A stretch of DNA of 64,000 nt from Bythopirellula sp. (GCA_965216565.1 OZ244170.1:3968001-4032000); one strand, 5' to 3'. Shown: positions 1 to 10,384, numbered from the stretch's first letter. Notes: generated by a model from the sequence alone, not told the origin. Made by a program: numbers and translations.

Positions 1-7
1 CGGTAGC

Positions 8-979
8 CTACCGAATCAATTCGTGGCTTTTCAGCCAGGCCTCAAGCACCAGGGGCCAGTTGTCGACTGGCAATCCGCGTTGAAGCATGCCGAATCCGTG
101 GCCCCCCTGCTCGTAAGCGTGGAATTCTGCTGAAACGCCGTGATTCCGTAAAGCTCTGTAGTAGCGGAGGCTGTTCTCGATATTCACCACGCCATCGTCC
201 GCCGCATGGATCAGAAACGTGGGGGGTGTGTTATCCGATGCCCGCCGATCAGGTGACAAGTGTTCAATCAATTCCTTCTCCTGACGATCCCCCAATAGGT
301 TGCCGCGAGACCCGCCGTGTGTCACCTCCGACTCCATCGAAATCACAGGATAAGCCAAAATTGCGAAATCGGGGCGACTGCTTTGTTTAGCGATCGCGTC
401 TGTGGAGTCGGCATTTCCCTCGTCAGCAAGGGTCGCGGCGCATGCCGCTAAATGCCCACCTGCAGAAAAACCGAAGACACCGATGCGGTTGGTTTCCAAC
501 TGCCACTCGTCGGCGCGGGAGCGGACGATGCGTATTGCCCGTTGAACATCCATCAATGGCACGGGATGCTCGTGAGCTCCACCGCCCTGCCGATATTTCA
601 AAGTGAATGATGCCATGCCACGCTCGGCACACCACTTCCCGACGTCGATTCCCTCCTTGTCGAAGGAAACTCCTCCATACCCGCCGCCAGGACAGATCAC
701 CACTGCCGAACCAATTCGGTTTCCCTCGGCAGGCAAATTCACGGTGAGTGTGGGTACGCGAGTGCCGGTGATCCAACGATTGGTAGTCCCTTCCGCCTCT
801 CGGACTTCCACTTTCTCTGGACCCGGTATTTTGCCCTCTGAGTTTTCCTCAGGAATGGGCACCTCGCCCTCCGACCACAAGGGAATTTCCTCTGCGGCAG
901 TAGAAGCTGCGAAAGTCATTGAATAAGCAAGAAGCAATAAGACCGCTAAACGGCAAACTGCGCCTTTTGAAAAATCCAT
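8..979 (-). CDS. Secreted alpha/beta hydrolase (acetylxylan esterase/BD-FAE-like)
   Basis: Signal peptide; CPGGGY oxyanion motif; GFSAGG nucleophile elbow; DDGVV and GGHGFG catalytic Asp/His regions. Confidence 0.88.
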   Translation of the reverse strand: MDFSKGAVCRLAVLLLLAYSMTFAASTAAEEIPLWSEGEVPIPEENSEGKIPGPEKVEVREAEGTTNRWITGTRVPTLTVNLPAEGNRIGSAVVICPGGGYGGVSFDKEGIDVGKWCAERGMASFTLKYRQGGGAHEHPVPLMDVQRAIRIVRSRADEWQLETNRIGVFGFSAGGHLAACAATLADEGNADSTDAIAKQSSRPDFAILAYPVISMESEVTHGGSRGNLLGDRQEKELIEHLSPDRRASDNTPPTFLIHAADDGVVNIENSLRYYRALRNHGVSAEFHAYEQGGHGFGMLQRGLPVDNWPLVLEAWLKSHELIR

Positions 980-1051
980 GGAAATACTCCAGCCTGAGTT
1001 TGAACATCAGCTAATAGAATACCTAGCTCAATCGTTCATTCAAGCAGGAGT

Positions 1052-3193
1052 TCATTTCTTACGGATTCTGCCGCAACAACTTAATGCCGTGCTTAGTAAG
1101 ATCAGCAAGGTTGTCGGTTCGGGCACTGCGGTCGCCAAGGTAGGTGGAGTGCCTGCGCCTAAGTTTTGCTGCCAGACGAGAAAATCGAGGCCCGTGTAAC
1201 CGCCTGGGCCATAGCCAGCTTCCCAGGTTGCAAGGTCTTGGTGATCGACAAATCCATTGGCGTCGAAATCGCCTGGAATCGTCGCGATGGAAGCAGCCTC
1301 TAGAATGATTGAATCTGTGACTCCATCGATAAATAAATTCCAATTGAATCCCAAAGGCAGGATGGTGTTTGCAAAGTCTAAACTGGCAAAGTCGCCGAAG
1401 GTGAACAATGTGAATTGCTGCCCCACGATCGGCGTGAAATTGGGATCCAGCGAAACTTCGAGCGTGCCATCGAGGAAGATGTTACGCGAAACATCGATCA
1501 AGTCGTTGCCGCCGTCGAACAGATCGATCGCAATCGTGGCGTCTTCCAGATTAGAAAGGTCTCCCGTAACTGTGAGGAGCCCGTCAGGTTCGATCCGGCC
1601 ACCTAGATTGCGCACCACACCACTAATAGGGCCGGTGCCAACAAAGATAGTGCCATTGCCCGCGAGAGTACCTCCTTCGATGTTCACCACTTGCGAATCG
1701 AGCGTACCGTTGTTGAGCCAAACTTCGCCGTCTGCTTCAATCAAAGTTTCGCCAAATGTGGTAAGTGTGGCTCCGGCAGTCACTTCGACTGTCATTCGTG
1801 CCCCGGGATCGCCAGAGACTGCAAGTTGAAATATCGTGGAATTAATGACCACCGTAGCATTTTGGTCGCTACCCGATACGTTCCGAGCTTCTGCAATCCA
1901 AAGAGAACCGGGTGACCCGGGCGTAGTCCAGTTGACGCCCGTTGCCCAGTTGCCAATTGCCGAAGTGGTCGACCACTGATGCTTTTCCGTCACTGGATCG
2001 CTGATGTAGAGTGCCGGGCCGTTGGAGCTGGGGACTGTTGCCGCCGGAGCCGCGTCGATCACAATGTCTCGCCCCGCAAACACGTGCATACCGATGATGG
2101 CGTCGATGATATTGGCGGGACTAATAGGGTCGGGGACATTCAGTACCACCACGGGCACGTTTTCTAAAGTAAGCGAACCGCCGACGGCATCGATTTCCAT
2201 TTCCTCGACATAGTATCCCGGTACACCACCGGCCACGCCGCCCGCTCCTTCGACCTCGACCAGAAAATCTGGCTCATCCAGTCCCACATCGATTCCCATA
2301 TCGAGAGCTGTGAACTCAGAGACGACAGTCACATCGGCACCCGTATCGAAAAGAAACTCGATATTTTGAGTCGATGTGCCGTTGTTTTCGACGTCCACTT
2401 CTAAAAAGAGTCCGCCATTGGCAATCACGGTGGGAGTGGAAGGATTCTCATGCAGAGGCTCTCCGGCGAGCACATTCGCTATGTCAAACACATAAAAGGG
2501 GCCTTGCAGAAAAGAGTCGGAAGGCTCGAGGTTCAGATTCGTGTATCGGTTGATTCCCTGTTGATCTCCTTGACCAAGATCGAAGAACTCGACCTGGGGA
2601 GTGCGCATCGTACGACCCTGGTGCTGAAAAATCTGTGGCTGACTATTAAGAATCTTGACTCCATGCTGGGCAACTAGGGGAAGCCCGACAATATTTGGTA
2701 ATTCCCAATCGGAACCTGCCTCTAAGATCGAAACACTCGACTGCCCACGAAAGTCGTTGGGATCCATTTCCAAACTGGCGCCAGCGCTAACTCGGTCTCC
2801 TAAGCCAGCAGCGTAGATCCCTAGGGGATCGTCAATAGTCATGAAGATCGAACCGCCGGTGGCTCCGAAAATCTCTTGCTGATTGATACCACCAAAGCCT
2901 TCTGCCGCGACATCAAACCCGCTATTGCTGGCAGCAGACTGGGTAATAATGTGAACCGCAGCGCCTGAGTCGAGCAAAGCAATATCGTGGAAACCTGAAC
3001 CCAAGGGAGTTCCAACCTGCGTGGTTTGTGGGTCGGCAACAAAAAACTGCAGATCGTCATCTTGAGATTCGAATTCATCGGTCAAACCGATGCCTACGAA
3101 GGGAATAAAACCACCAAGCGGCACTTCATCGGCACTGCCCATGCTAGCAAAACATGCGCAGAGCATGGCTGCAACCAAAATCTTTTGGAACAT
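1052..3193 (-). CDS. PEP-CTERM surface protein with two retropepsin-like aspartic protease lobes and a dockerin-like tail
   Basis: LLDSGA...IVGLP and LFDTGA...IIGMH motifs; GDFDANGFVD...DFLVWQQ; VPEP + TM + RIRKK. Start moved to ATG 3193 (MFQKILVAAML signal peptide); the ORF track opens at 3226. Confidence 0.85.
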   Translation of the reverse strand: MFQKILVAAMLCACFASMGSADEVPLGGFIPFVGIGLTDEFESQDDDLQFFVADPQTTQVGTPLGSGFHDIALLDSGAAVHIITQSAASNSGFDVAAEGFGGINQQEIFGATGGSIFMTIDDPLGIYAAGLGDRVSAGASLEMDPNDFRGQSSVSILEAGSDWELPNIVGLPLVAQHGVKILNSQPQIFQHQGRTMRTPQVEFFDLGQGDQQGINRYTNLNLEPSDSFLQGPFYVFDIANVLAGEPLHENPSTPTVIANGGLFLEVDVENNGTSTQNIEFLFDTGADVTVVSEFTALDMGIDVGLDEPDFLVEVEGAGGVAGGVPGYYVEEMEIDAVGGSLTLENVPVVVLNVPDPISPANIIDAIIGMHVFAGRDIVIDAAPAATVPSSNGPALYISDPVTEKHQWSTTSAIGNWATGVNWTTPGSPGSLWIAEARNVSGSDQNATVVINSTIFQLAVSGDPGARMTVEVTAGATLTTFGETLIEADGEVWLNNGTLDSQVVNIEGGTLAGNGTIFVGTGPISGVVRNLGGRIEPDGLLTVTGDLSNLEDATIAIDLFDGGNDLIDVSRNIFLDGTLEVSLDPNFTPIVGQQFTLFTFGDFASLDFANTILPLGFNWNLFIDGVTDSIILEAASIATIPGDFDANGFVDHQDLATWEAGYGPGGYTGLDFLVWQQNLGAGTPPTLATAVPEPTTLLILLSTALSCCGRIRKK

Positions 3194-3517
3194 ATAGTTA
3201 GTCCTAGTACAAAGTGAGTGCCGCAATCACGGCCTATGAAATAGAAAGGTATACAAGTATTAATTCACGCACCTGATGTGCGCTAGGGTATCGAAACTAA
3301 TCGCGCCGCTCTCAGAGGACGCACACAGCAACTTTTAGTAAGCCACTGCCACACGGACCACAGAGCGTGGTCCAGAGAAGCCCTTCTATATTCCAAGGAG
3401 CCTAAAACCCCATGCTCCTAGGGTCTAAGCTACGCCGACGCTCAGTTCATGTCAAGTTGGGCAAGTTTTCCATCGCACCACCAGAGCTACAAAACCCTAG
3501 TTTGTGAAAGATCGGAA

Positions 3518-3757
3518 TCACTTTGTGCGGGAAATACTTTCGATCATTCCTTGCCACAGCACTACCGCCGTCACCAGGCTCGGCAACAAGAAGGGGAACA
3601 TCACCAGCAGAGTGGTCAATGTCCAACTTGGATTGTGCCAAGCATCAGCGCAAATCGCGGCGACAATCGGCACACTGAAAGAGGCGTAGGCCATCACCCC
3701 TAGCAGAGTTGCTAGCGAGAAGCGCGGGCGGTGCTGCGTTTTGTTGCGAATCTCCAT
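3518..3757 (-). CDS. Small membrane protein
   Basis: 79 aa with RFSLATLL N-terminal motif (common in planctomycete small membrane proteins) and two hydrophobic segments. Confidence 0.45.
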   Translation of the reverse strand: MEIRNKTQHRPRFSLATLLGVMAYASFSVPIVAAICADAWHNPSWTLTTLLVMFPFLLPSLVTAVVLWQGMIESISRTK

Positions 3758-3951
3758 ACGACTCTTTCAAGAGAGTGAGTGCCCTATCTTCTTTATAGGA
3801 CCAATCTTACATGTTCTTGTTAAAAACGTTCGCCAAAGTGTTGGATGCCCCAGATTATCAAAACGTTCTGTGTAGGTTGCAATTCCCAGCTATTTGAGCC
3901 AAGATACGCGACTCTTCCACGGAATCCGGAACATTCTCAGGAGACAAGGTT

Positions 3952-5217
3952 ATGATTCGCTCCGCACATGCTATAGCTGTATCGTTAATTGGAATCGCTT
4001 TCAGCTTTTCCGTCTGCCATCAATTGGCTACAGCCATTGATATTACTGTTGACTATCGCTACGACAGCAACGACTTTTTTGATCCAGCAACCACCGATGG
4101 CCAGCAAGCCAGGGCTGCGTTAGAAGCAGCGGCCGCGCGCTTTAGCTCCATCATCACGACATCTCTTCTACCAGCAAACTTTAACGATGACTTTACCGAT
4201 GCACGAATTGGATTCACTCATCCTGGAGATGGAGGCGGTTGGCAAGTAAGTGGGGCCAATGGTCAAGCCTCTGATTCACTCGCAGGTGATCCCAATAACG
4301 CAGCTGACGAATATCGTGGGCCTTGGTCGCTGGCTGCAGACGAGTGGGTTCTTTATGCTGCAGGTCGCTCGTTAAGCTCTTCGGGAGTTGGTGGTACTGG
4401 AACCGGCTTGAACTTTACAAGCGTCTTTAATGATGACAGCTCTGTCCTCAATCGCGGATTCCGCACAGGTAGCAGCTTCGGCGATTTGCCTGTGTGGGGT
4501 GGAGCTATTACGTTCGATAACGATGGTGGCGTGAATTGGCACTTTGATCACACGGTTGCATCGAGTTCAGGAACGACCGATTTCTATTCTATTGCGCTGC
4601 ATGAGATTGGTCACGTATTGGGTTTGAGTACCAGTTGGAACGATTGGGAAGCCCAGATGTCAGGCAGCACCTTTGTTGGACCGAACACTCTAGCTGCCTA
4701 CAATGCGGACAACGGTACCTCGCTCACAAGCTTGAATGTTGAAGGGGGTGGAAATAATCACTGGGATGATGGCGCTTACGATTCGAAGATTTTTTCTGGA
4801 GGTAACCCTATTACGGTCGGTACTGTGGGACTAGGTAATTTGCAGGACTTGCTTATGGAGCCAATTGCCAATTTTAGCTTTCCCAATCGAAGAAGATTTG
4901 AATTAACGAACGTTGATGTCGCGGCACTCGAAGACATTGGTTGGTCAGTGATTTCACAGGCTTTCGATCCGGCTGACTTTGATACCGATGGCGATGTCGA
5001 TGGCGACGATCTGTCCACATGGGAATCGAGCTACGCGTCGAACGCTGGCGGCGACGCGAATGGCGATGGCGTTACTGATGGCGAGGATTTCCTGATCTGG
5101 CAGCAGAATTTCACGGGCAGTTCCCCTACTGGGCCACTTTCGTCAGTACCAGAGCCAGGGACTATTGCACTGGCAACCTTCGGTCTATGTGCCTTTGGCT
5201 GGCGTAGACGCAGATAA
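3952..5217 (+). CDS. PEP-CTERM zinc metalloprotease (matrixin/metzincin-like) with dockerin-like tail
   Basis: Signal peptide; HEIGHVLGL zinc motif; later HW and LMEP (possible Met-turn); ADFDTDGDVDGDDL and GDANGDG repeats; VPEP + TM + RRRR. Confidence 0.88.
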   Translation: MIRSAHAIAVSLIGIAFSFSVCHQLATAIDITVDYRYDSNDFFDPATTDGQQARAALEAAAARFSSIITTSLLPANFNDDFTDARIGFTHPGDGGGWQVSGANGQASDSLAGDPNNAADEYRGPWSLAADEWVLYAAGRSLSSSGVGGTGTGLNFTSVFNDDSSVLNRGFRTGSSFGDLPVWGGAITFDNDGGVNWHFDHTVASSSGTTDFYSIALHEIGHVLGLSTSWNDWEAQMSGSTFVGPNTLAAYNADNGTSLTSLNVEGGGNNHWDDGAYDSKIFSGGNPITVGTVGLGNLQDLLMEPIANFSFPNRRRFELTNVDVAALEDIGWSVISQAFDPADFDTDGDVDGDDLSTWESSYASNAGGDANGDGVTDGEDFLIWQQNFTGSSPTGPLSSVPEPGTIALATFGLCAFGWRRRR

Positions 5218-5616
5218 TCATCGCACCGTTATGCTTGATTCGATGAGATCCCACTTGTTGCCGTAAAGGTCAGCAAAGACGGCTACCGTTCCGTAGGATT
5301 CTTCTCTTGGCTCTTCAAGAAAAGTTACGCCGCGGGCTTTCATGTCTCGGTAGTCGTCCCAGAACGAACTGGTTTCCAGGAAGAGAAATACGCGGCCTCC
5401 TGTTTGATCGCCGACGCAGTTTCGTTGACCGGCCGAATCTGCTTTAGCCAAGAGCAGATTGCATTCTCCAATTTCGGGACCGACCCTCACCCAGCGTTTT
5501 TCGTCATTAAGCGGAGTATCTTCCAGCAGCACGAAGCCGAGCTTCTCGGTGTAGAATTCAATCGCTTCGTCGTAGTCGCGGACTAACAGGCTTAGTTGAG
5601 CAATGTGTTGAGGCAA
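5218..5616 (-). CDS. VOC/glyoxalase family protein
   Basis: LLVRDYDEAIEFY...LGF and FADLYGNKWDL signatures. Confidence 0.9.
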   Translation of the reverse strand: MPQHIAQLSLLVRDYDEAIEFYTEKLGFVLLEDTPLNDEKRWVRVGPEIGECNLLLAKADSAGQRNCVGDQTGGRVFLFLETSSFWDDYRDMKARGVTFLEEPREESYGTVAVFADLYGNKWDLIESSITVR

Positions 5617-5625
5617 GAGCAGCCC

Positions 5626-6900
5626 CTAAACTTCGCCTAGGACCAGCGTGATGTTCTGGCCGCCGAAACCGAAACTATTAGAGAGTACTGTGCTGCACTT
5701 ATGCTCGCGGGCCTCGTTCGGAACGTAGTCGAGGTCGCACGCAGGATCGGGTGTTTCGTAGTTGATCGTTGGGGGCACGATGTTGTGCTTGAGCGTCTTT
5801 AGGCAAACGATGGCTTCGGTCGCCCCTGCCGCGGCGATGAGGTGCCCCGTCATGCTCTTGGTGCTGGAGACGGGGATCGAATCGGCCTGGTCGCCAAACG
5901 CTTTGCGAATGGCAAGCGACTCTACTTTGTCATTGACCGTGGTACTGGTGCCGTGGGCATTGATGTAGTCGATCTGGTCGGTATTCCGCCCCGCGTCAGC
6001 GAGTGCCATTTGCAGGCAACTCGTGGCCCCCCTTCCCTCAGGATGGGTATCGGTAATTCGGAACGCGTCGGCGGTAGTGCCGTAGCCCAAGATTTCACCA
6101 TAGATTTGGGCGCCGCGTGCCTGGGCATGTTCCATGCCTTCTAACACCAACATCGAAGCACCTTCTCCCAGGACGAAACCGTTTCGATTCAAGTCGAAAG
6201 GACGCGAGGCTTTCTCGGGCTCGTCGTTTTCTTCGCTTAGTGCTGTAAGAAGATTGAAGCCAGTAACGCCGAAAGGATGGATCATGCTGTGCGCGCCGCC
6301 GGAAAGCATGACGTCCGCCTCACCGCGACGGACAATTTCGGTGGCCTCGCCAATAGCCTGGCTGCTGGCGGCACAGGCGGTCAAACAATTGACATTGGGT
6401 CCCTGGGCGTCGAACATACCCGCCAAGTACCCGGCTGGCATGTTTGGCTCCTGTTCGAGCTCTGCCTGTGGATCGAGGATCTTCATGCCCGCTTCGACGA
6501 ATGACTTAGTACTGAGCTCGCCGGTTTGGACGGCGGCTGTCATCATTTGCGAAAAGCGGTAGAAATCTTGCCCTCCTTCGCCGGCACCCAAATAAACGCC
6601 AAACTTGGTGGGTTCCACGCTGCCGAGTACGCCGGAATCATCGACGGCTTGCCGAGCAGCACCTGCAGAAAAGCAGGTGTGGCGGCTACGATCTTTCCAC
6701 ACCTCGGCATCTTCGCCAACTTCGGCAATAGACCAATCGCGAACTTCCGCCGCGATATTTGTGGGAAAGCTACTCGCATCAAATAGCGTGATGCGCCCTA
6801 CGCCGCTTTTGGCGGCAAGTAGGTTATCCCACAACTGGTCGACCGTGGTGCCCAGCGGAGTGACACATCCGATACCAGTGACGACTACACGACGTCGCAT
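5626..6900 (-). CDS. fabF: Beta-ketoacyl-ACP synthase II
   Basis: RRVVVTGIG start; TACAAS (Cys), NAHGTST (His), GHLIAAAG (His); SNSFGFGG. Confidence 0.93.
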   Translation of the reverse strand: MRRRVVVTGIGCVTPLGTTVDQLWDNLLAAKSGVGRITLFDASSFPTNIAAEVRDWSIAEVGEDAEVWKDRSRHTCFSAGAARQAVDDSGVLGSVEPTKFGVYLGAGEGGQDFYRFSQMMTAAVQTGELSTKSFVEAGMKILDPQAELEQEPNMPAGYLAGMFDAQGPNVNCLTACAASSQAIGEATEIVRRGEADVMLSGGAHSMIHPFGVTGFNLLTALSEENDEPEKASRPFDLNRNGFVLGEGASMLVLEGMEHAQARGAQIYGEILGYGTTADAFRITDTHPEGRGATSCLQMALADAGRNTDQIDYINAHGTSTTVNDKVESLAIRKAFGDQADSIPVSSTKSMTGHLIAAAGATEAIVCLKTLKHNIVPPTINYETPDPACDLDYVPNEAREHKCSTVLSNSFGFGGQNITLVLGEV

Positions 6901-7015
6901 GGCAATTGCTCCTTCGTGGAATGACCAATGCCCAAGGACCTAACAACCAAAAAGAAGATTTGGCCAAGGACGACTTTTCGCTCTTCACGGGTCATTTGTG
7001 AATTGGTCATCATTT

Positions 7016-7558
7016 CTATGCCGGCTGTCCGTCGGCCGTCTCTACTAAGGGATAATCCTTTTCTTCCAGTGGCGAGCCGTCCTCGTGGACTCCGACTTCG
7101 AAAAGCCGTACAAGCGTAAGCCAATGACGAAGATCACGCGGCCGAAACAGCCGTTGTCCTTGAAGAGCTTCGTTGGCATCGCCCAAACGGGCAAAAAACA
7201 ACAGCGATTCAGCGTGCAGACGCTCGCCGATGTGCGCAGTAGCAGAAACGGCTGCGCCATCGTTGCGGATCGTGTCGACCCGCACCCGATAGGTGAGGGT
7301 GTCGCCCGGCCGAACCTGGCAGTGGAACTTAGCCTTGGAGAGTTTTCCGAGCACAACAAGTTCGCCAAAACCATATTTCTCACTAACCAGCAAGCCACCC
7401 GCCTGGGCCATGCCTTCGGCCACCAACGAATTGGGCATGATCGGATAACCGAGCATGTGATCGTGCATATGCTCTTCAGAGAGCGAGACATTCTTCACGG
7501 CCACGGCATGGGAGCCGCTGACGAATTCTGTGAATTGATCAATCCAGAACCAACGCAT
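7016..7558 (-). CDS. FabA/FabZ-like hotdog dehydratase with C-terminal extension
   Basis: WIDQF, AVKNVSLSEEHMHDH...PIMPNSLVAEGMAQ, VRPGD motifs; ATG at 7558. Confidence 0.85.
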   Translation of the reverse strand: MRWFWIDQFTEFVSGSHAVAVKNVSLSEEHMHDHMLGYPIMPNSLVAEGMAQAGGLLVSEKYGFGELVVLGKLSKAKFHCQVRPGDTLTYRVRVDTIRNDGAAVSATAHIGERLHAESLLFFARLGDANEALQGQRLFRPRDLRHWLTLVRLFEVGVHEDGSPLEEKDYPLVETADGQPA

Positions 7559-7596
7559 ATCTCGCAATCCTCAAAGAATAGGGTTCGTCGAACCGG

Positions 7597-7992
7597 CTAG
7601 GATTGTTGTGCCGCCAACTTGTGAGAGACAAAGCTGCACATGTCTTTCACTGTCAGCTGTTGCCCCAAATTCTGCACGGATCGATCGGACTCAAACTTGC
7701 TGAGATCGGCAAACGGCATCCGCTCTTTGAGTTGTTCAAGGCCGGCATCGTTCACTTTGCCGCCTTCAACATAGTCGGAATTGGTGAGAATATCCTCGGG
7801 AAACAATTCGCCACGTTCGATCTTAATATCAAAAGCCTTCTCCAGACGAAACACGATATCGAGAAAATCAATCGATTCGGCATCGAGATCACCCTGCAAG
7901 GTGGCTTCTGGGGTGACTTCGTCGTCGTCTACGCCGAGAGCATCGACCAAGGCTTCCTGTACTTTCGTAAAAATTTGTTCATCAGTTGGCAT
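7597..7992 (-). CDS. acpP: Acyl carrier protein, long form with internal insertion
   Basis: DLDAESIDFLDIVFRLEKAF phosphopantetheine Ser motif; 131 aa versus about 80 aa for canonical ACP. Confidence 0.9.
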   Translation of the reverse strand: MPTDEQIFTKVQEALVDALGVDDDEVTPEATLQGDLDAESIDFLDIVFRLEKAFDIKIERGELFPEDILTNSDYVEGGKVNDAGLEQLKERMPFADLSKFESDRSVQNLGQQLTVKDMCSFVSHKLAAQQS

Positions 7993-8038
7993 GGTGATTC
8001 AAACCTCCGCTTACTTTTTGTAATTCTGTCAATTATGC

Positions 8039-8533
8039 CTAAGCAACACCGACTGGTGCATCGATGCCATAGGTTAGTAGTTTTGCTTGTTGTTTTTGAA
8101 GTTCGATCATCCGTTGATCAAGTTCGGCTTGCCGTGGGTCGGTATCGCCCAAATTGTAACGTTCCAGAACCAGACGACCGCTCACCGAAATGCGATCTTC
8201 CACCTCGCCAGTAAAGCGAAAGTGGGTCAATCGATCATCACTCTTGGTTTGCTGCACTTTGATGACTAACTGGTGTCCAGGTGTCACAAAGTCGGCATAC
8301 TTGATCGCACGTGCTTCTTGGAGCACGACAATGTTGTGGGCAAAATCTTCACTGAGCCGAATCAGCCAGGCACACGACTGCGTGGCGGCCTCGAGCATGA
8401 ATACTCCAGGTAGCACCGGAAACTCGGGAAAGTGATCCCCCAGATACTCCTCGGCAAGCGAAACATTCTTGACCGCTGTCAATTCAGTGTCGGGCTCATA
8501 GGAGCAAATCCGATCCAGAAGGCAGAATCGCAT
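8039..8533 (-). CDS. fabZ: 3-hydroxyacyl-ACP dehydratase FabZ-like
   Basis: LLDRI, KNVSLAEEYLGDHFPEFPVLPGVFMLEA, FVTPG. Confidence 0.88.
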   Translation of the reverse strand: MRFCLLDRICSYEPDTELTAVKNVSLAEEYLGDHFPEFPVLPGVFMLEAATQSCAWLIRLSEDFAHNIVVLQEARAIKYADFVTPGHQLVIKVQQTKSDDRLTHFRFTGEVEDRISVSGRLVLERYNLGDTDPRQAELDQRMIELQKQQAKLLTYGIDAPVGVA

Positions 8534-8770
8534 AGGCGGTTTCCAAACAGCGGCGAGTAGCTGTGGTAGATTGGGTGGGATGGCAAAATGGCAAACACGC
8601 GATTATAGCCCTCGGCGCCCCCAGCCACAACGGTTCCAATCCTCGAAATATAGTGAATTGAGAGCTAGGGTTATAGTGAAATAGGAGCTAGGACGACGGC
8701 CCAGAGGCTAAGGATTGGGGAAGAGAATCGGACCGCAACAGTCACTCCGTATCGCTCACTTCAGTGGAGC

Positions 8771-10384
8771 TTACTTGACTGAAAGGTCCAGCCGCCGCAG
8801 TTCGTCCTTGGCCCGCAGCACAATCGGGCGAAGCTCCAGGTTCTTGTCGTAAAGCTCGACGAGGCCCTCCAATACGATTCTCGCTTCCATCAGGTTCCCC
8901 GAGTCGATCAAGCCTGTAGCGTGAGCAAGCTTCTCTTCCAAAAATTCTAGCTGCGAACCTTCTTCCCCCTGGCTTTCCTCGATGCGGTCCATCTGACGTC
9001 GGGCCAGTGCTACGAACGCCTGGTCGTACTTGTCGTCGCTAGCCTTAAAAAGGTTGACTAGCGCTTTGTACTTGTCCCAGGCTGAAAACCGATCGCCAAA
9101 ACGCTCTAGGCTCCTCGCCTCGCCAAACTGCCGCTCGGCTTCCGAGTCGGGGGCACGCCGAAGTCGTTCGTTTTTGTTGAGCCGCTTTTCAGCTCGATTG
9201 ATAGCTACTTTGTTGTCAAACTCTTCCAATTCGTCGGCATACTTGCTTTCTGGAAATCGCTCCCGGAACGACTCTAAATAGAGTTCCTCGGCACGCGTCC
9301 AATCGAGGGAACTATCCGACTCCATCAAAGGTTTGGCATAGGAGAACAGTGCGTCTTCCGTTGGCGGCCAAAGGATCCAGGCTCCCACTCCAATTACGGC
9401 TATCAAGCTCAAGGCAAGAAACCAAACACGCTCGTAAAAAGGACTCGTGTCGCGTTTCTTAGTTCGTCGTTTTTTGAGTCGCTTGACTTCGGCACGATCC
9501 TGGGCGACGGCGAGCGTCCCTTTTTGGCCCGAAAACGCCTGCTGCGTGGCCCCTGCCCCGCTGGCAACCTTGCGTTTGGCATTCACGATGGCCCGGTGCG
9601 TTTCTTCTGCCGAGGTGAAGCGATTCTTTCGTTTCACCTGCAACAGTTTTTCCACCAAAACATCAAGCCACACCGGGCAGTCGAGTACGTGGGTCGATAC
9701 GCGTGGGACGGGGGTATCTCGCCGCGTCATGACGAGCTCACTCGGAGAATTGGCGTTCCAAGGCAATTCGCCCGTCAAACACTCATAGAGAATGACACCC
9801 AGGCTAAACAGATCTCCCTGCGGGGACGATGCCGACTGTTTGCCTTTGAAGACCTCCGGAGATATATAGTGAGCAATCTCCATGGGGCAACGCAAACCCA
9901 GGACGTCGTCCCGATCTGCCCATGAGCAGTCAAAGCCAGTCAGTTTGGCTTGATCCGTGTCGGTAAATAGAATCCGCGTGGGCGTGAGTCGCTGGTGAAC
10001 GATCCCCCGTGCATGGGCGTGGTGTAGCGCAACGCAGATTTCATCGGCTAGGTCGACAGTCACTTCCCAGGGCAGACGGCCACGACGGTCGAGCCGCTTG
10101 CGGAGCGATTCTCCCTCGACCAACTCCAGGGCGAGATAGGGTTGGCCATTTTCAATGGCACCACCGTAGTAGCGAACGATGCCAGGGTGTTGCATTTTTT
10201 GCAGTGTCTTAAAGTCGTCTGCAAAAGTGCTACCGCGCATGGGGCGGTTGACTATGTCTTTAGATAGCAATTTGACGGCCATCGTCAGTTGTCGTTCGAC
10301 ATGAATCCCCCGCAGAATATTGCCCTCCGACTCGCCGTCGAGCGTTTCTTCAAGGGCAAATGGGCCGATGCGCGTTAGCTGCAT
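8771..10384 (-). CDS. Membrane-anchored Hanks-type kinase-fold protein, probable pseudokinase
   Basis: AVK, HPGIV, LELVEGESL, YISPE and DLFSLGVILYECLTG are present; HRD...N is replaced by HQRLTPTR and DFG by TGFD; one TM followed by a helical domain. Confidence 0.85.
   Translation of the reverse strand: MQLTRIGPFALEETLDGESEGNILRGIHVERQLTMAVKLLSKDIVNRPMRGSTFADDFKTLQKMQHPGIVRYYGGAIENGQPYLALELVEGESLRKRLDRRGRLPWEVTVDLADEICVALHHAHARGIVHQRLTPTRILFTDTDQAKLTGFDCSWADRDDVLGLRCPMEIAHYISPEVFKGKQSASSPQGDLFSLGVILYECLTGELPWNANSPSELVMTRRDTPVPRVSTHVLDCPVWLDVLVEKLLQVKRKNRFTSAEETHRAIVNAKRKVASGAGATQQAFSGQKGTLAVAQDRAEVKRLKKRRTKKRDTSPFYERVWFLALSLIAVIGVGAWILWPPTEDALFSYAKPLMESDSSLDWTRAEELYLESFRERFPESKYADELEEFDNKVAINRAEKRLNKNERLRRAPDSEAERQFGEARSLERFGDRFSAWDKYKALVNLFKASDDKYDQAFVALARRQMDRIEESQGEEGSQLEFLEEKLAHATGLIDSGNLMEARIVLEGLVELYDKNLELRPIVLRAKDELRRLDLSVK

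Noticed and set aside
6920..7012. AATGACC/GGTCATT short inverted and heptamer-like repeats upstream of fabF
   Set aside because: Too short and degenerate to assign; probably generic intergenic repeat
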